Positions 62,621 through 64,000 of a DNA stretch of 64,000 nt are shown here, one piece after another; within the stretch, counting starts at the first letter, position 1; the number at the start of each line of letters is the position of its first letter. The notes under the pieces are model-generated. The model was not told where the DNA came from and did no database searches. It saw only the letters and a list, made by a program, of their open reading frames with translations. The position numbers were made by a program, and so were the translations under genes. The stretch is from Octopus sinensis. Taxonomy: Eukaryota. The stretch lies in contig NC_043014.1 in NCBI RefSeq assembly GCF_006345805.1, positions 34,472,001 to 34,536,000 of the forward strand. Direction: 5' to 3'.

Positions 62621-64000
62621 TGGCTTCGTGTCCATGTGAGAAAAAAAATTATCATCATCGTTAACACAAATATTTTTCATCATTATTGAACAAAACTGGT
62701 CTCTTTTTTCCTTTATTTATTTTGAAATGAATTTCCTCAACCAGTTATTTTGTATAAGCTGTACACTTTTGTCAGTGAGAATTTTTCCCACAATGCATTT
62801 CAACATAAGTAACCCAGTTATTTTTATTGAAGTCAACTTGGTGTCCAGCATTCAACTTCATTAATAACCAGTTATATGGAAAGTATGACAATTGTCAACT
62901 TCTCTTTCTTTCTTGGTGTTGTTCTTGTGAAAATGTGCCAAATTTGGTGTGAAATCCAGCAAACAAAGTACACATACACCATGTTATTAAAAAACAAAAA
63001 CAAACAAACAAAAACAACTTGTAAAGATAAATTAGTTGTGTAGAGTGGCTTGTGGTAGCCGTGTGTATGTGTGTAGTGGAGATATTCTATCTAATGTGTT
63101 GAACCATTGCAAGTATTATAAAATTAACTGATGGCTCAACTAGCCACATGATTTGAACTTTTTGTTGTCGTCACAAAACAAACAACAACAAAAAAATATA
63201 AACCTGCTTCCTCACTACCCACTTCTGCCAGACACTATTTTTTTGTTTGTTTTTATATAATGTTATTTGTTATGTGGTTGATTAATAGGTGTCAGACCAA
63301 AATGGTGAAAAGATAGAGACAACGCAAGAATACGGGTTAATGAAGCTAACTGGAAGGTAGTTACATTTGGTCTCCGGAAAGTTCTATGGTTAAGTAAATG
63401 TGGCTCTGTTAATGCTGCTAACTAAATAATTCGATTATTAAGTACTCCGATGTGAATCATTGTAGCTTCAGATTAATTTACCATGTCTGTGTTGCTTATT
63501 TTTAACAGTGTTTTTGTGCAAATTACTACATTGTTTACTGTTTTACAAATTGAGTTAGTTAACACAACATGATGTGGTTAATGGTTAATCTGGAATGCTC
63601 ACCACACCAAACAAAAAACTGTCCAGTTTTGGAGAAAAAAAAAGCAAACAAACAAAAACTGTTGATTTGTGAAACCTGAAAACTTAATTAAAGGTTTTGG
63701 AAGGTACCAGTAAATTTGAGAGCCATACTAGGCCAGCCTAGACCCAATTTGGAAGCTGATCTGATAAGAACCCAATAGAAATGCAGTTAGTGTCAAGAAC
63801 TAATACATTTTTAAAAACTGTTATTGGTACACATCATAACTGTTCAAAGAAAAAAACTACTAAAATCCAAGAAAGTTTGAAGTTCACTCAGTTGTTAAAT
63901 TTATTGAAACCTACAAACTCTCTTGGATTTTATTACTGATATAGACAGGCCTTCATCTATTTCTTAGAGTCTTGAGGTTATTCTTAGAGTCCTGGGCTTG

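Noticed and set aside
61780-64000. Search for the OSGIN N-terminal exons (GNGPSG motif)
   Set aside because: Not found; presumed right of the window.

Overview
AT-rich, repeat-dense animal genomic DNA, most likely an octopod cephalopod (inferred from the tRNA-headed SINE families and microsatellite style, not from a database search). Two convergent genes flank a ~44 kb gene-free, transposon-filled interval. On +, the last two coding exons (6908-7356, 10492-10702) of a PTP1B/TC-PTP-type tyrosine phosphatase give a Pro-rich PPKR motif, a basic helix and a C-terminal tail anchor. On -, the last three coding exons (61588-61779, 57657-57751, 54868-55873) of an OSGIN-family oxidoreductase splice in frame. 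The upstream exons of both genes appear to lie outside the window. The remainder is SINEs (at least five families, some with exchangeable 3' modules), RTE and CR1/L2-type LINE ends, mariner/Tc1 remnants, hAT-, piggyBac- and Merlin-type MITEs, Helitron/Helentron pieces and long microsatellites. The most notable observation is eight minimal type-I hammerhead-ribozyme motifs of four families, typical of Penelope-like retroelements. One has an intact core (42872-42917, minus strand). Several coincide with the arms or breakpoints of the window's many local fold-back inverted duplications. All coordinates were read by eye; repeat boundaries are approximate to about 10-20 nt unless a TSD or splice site is quoted.
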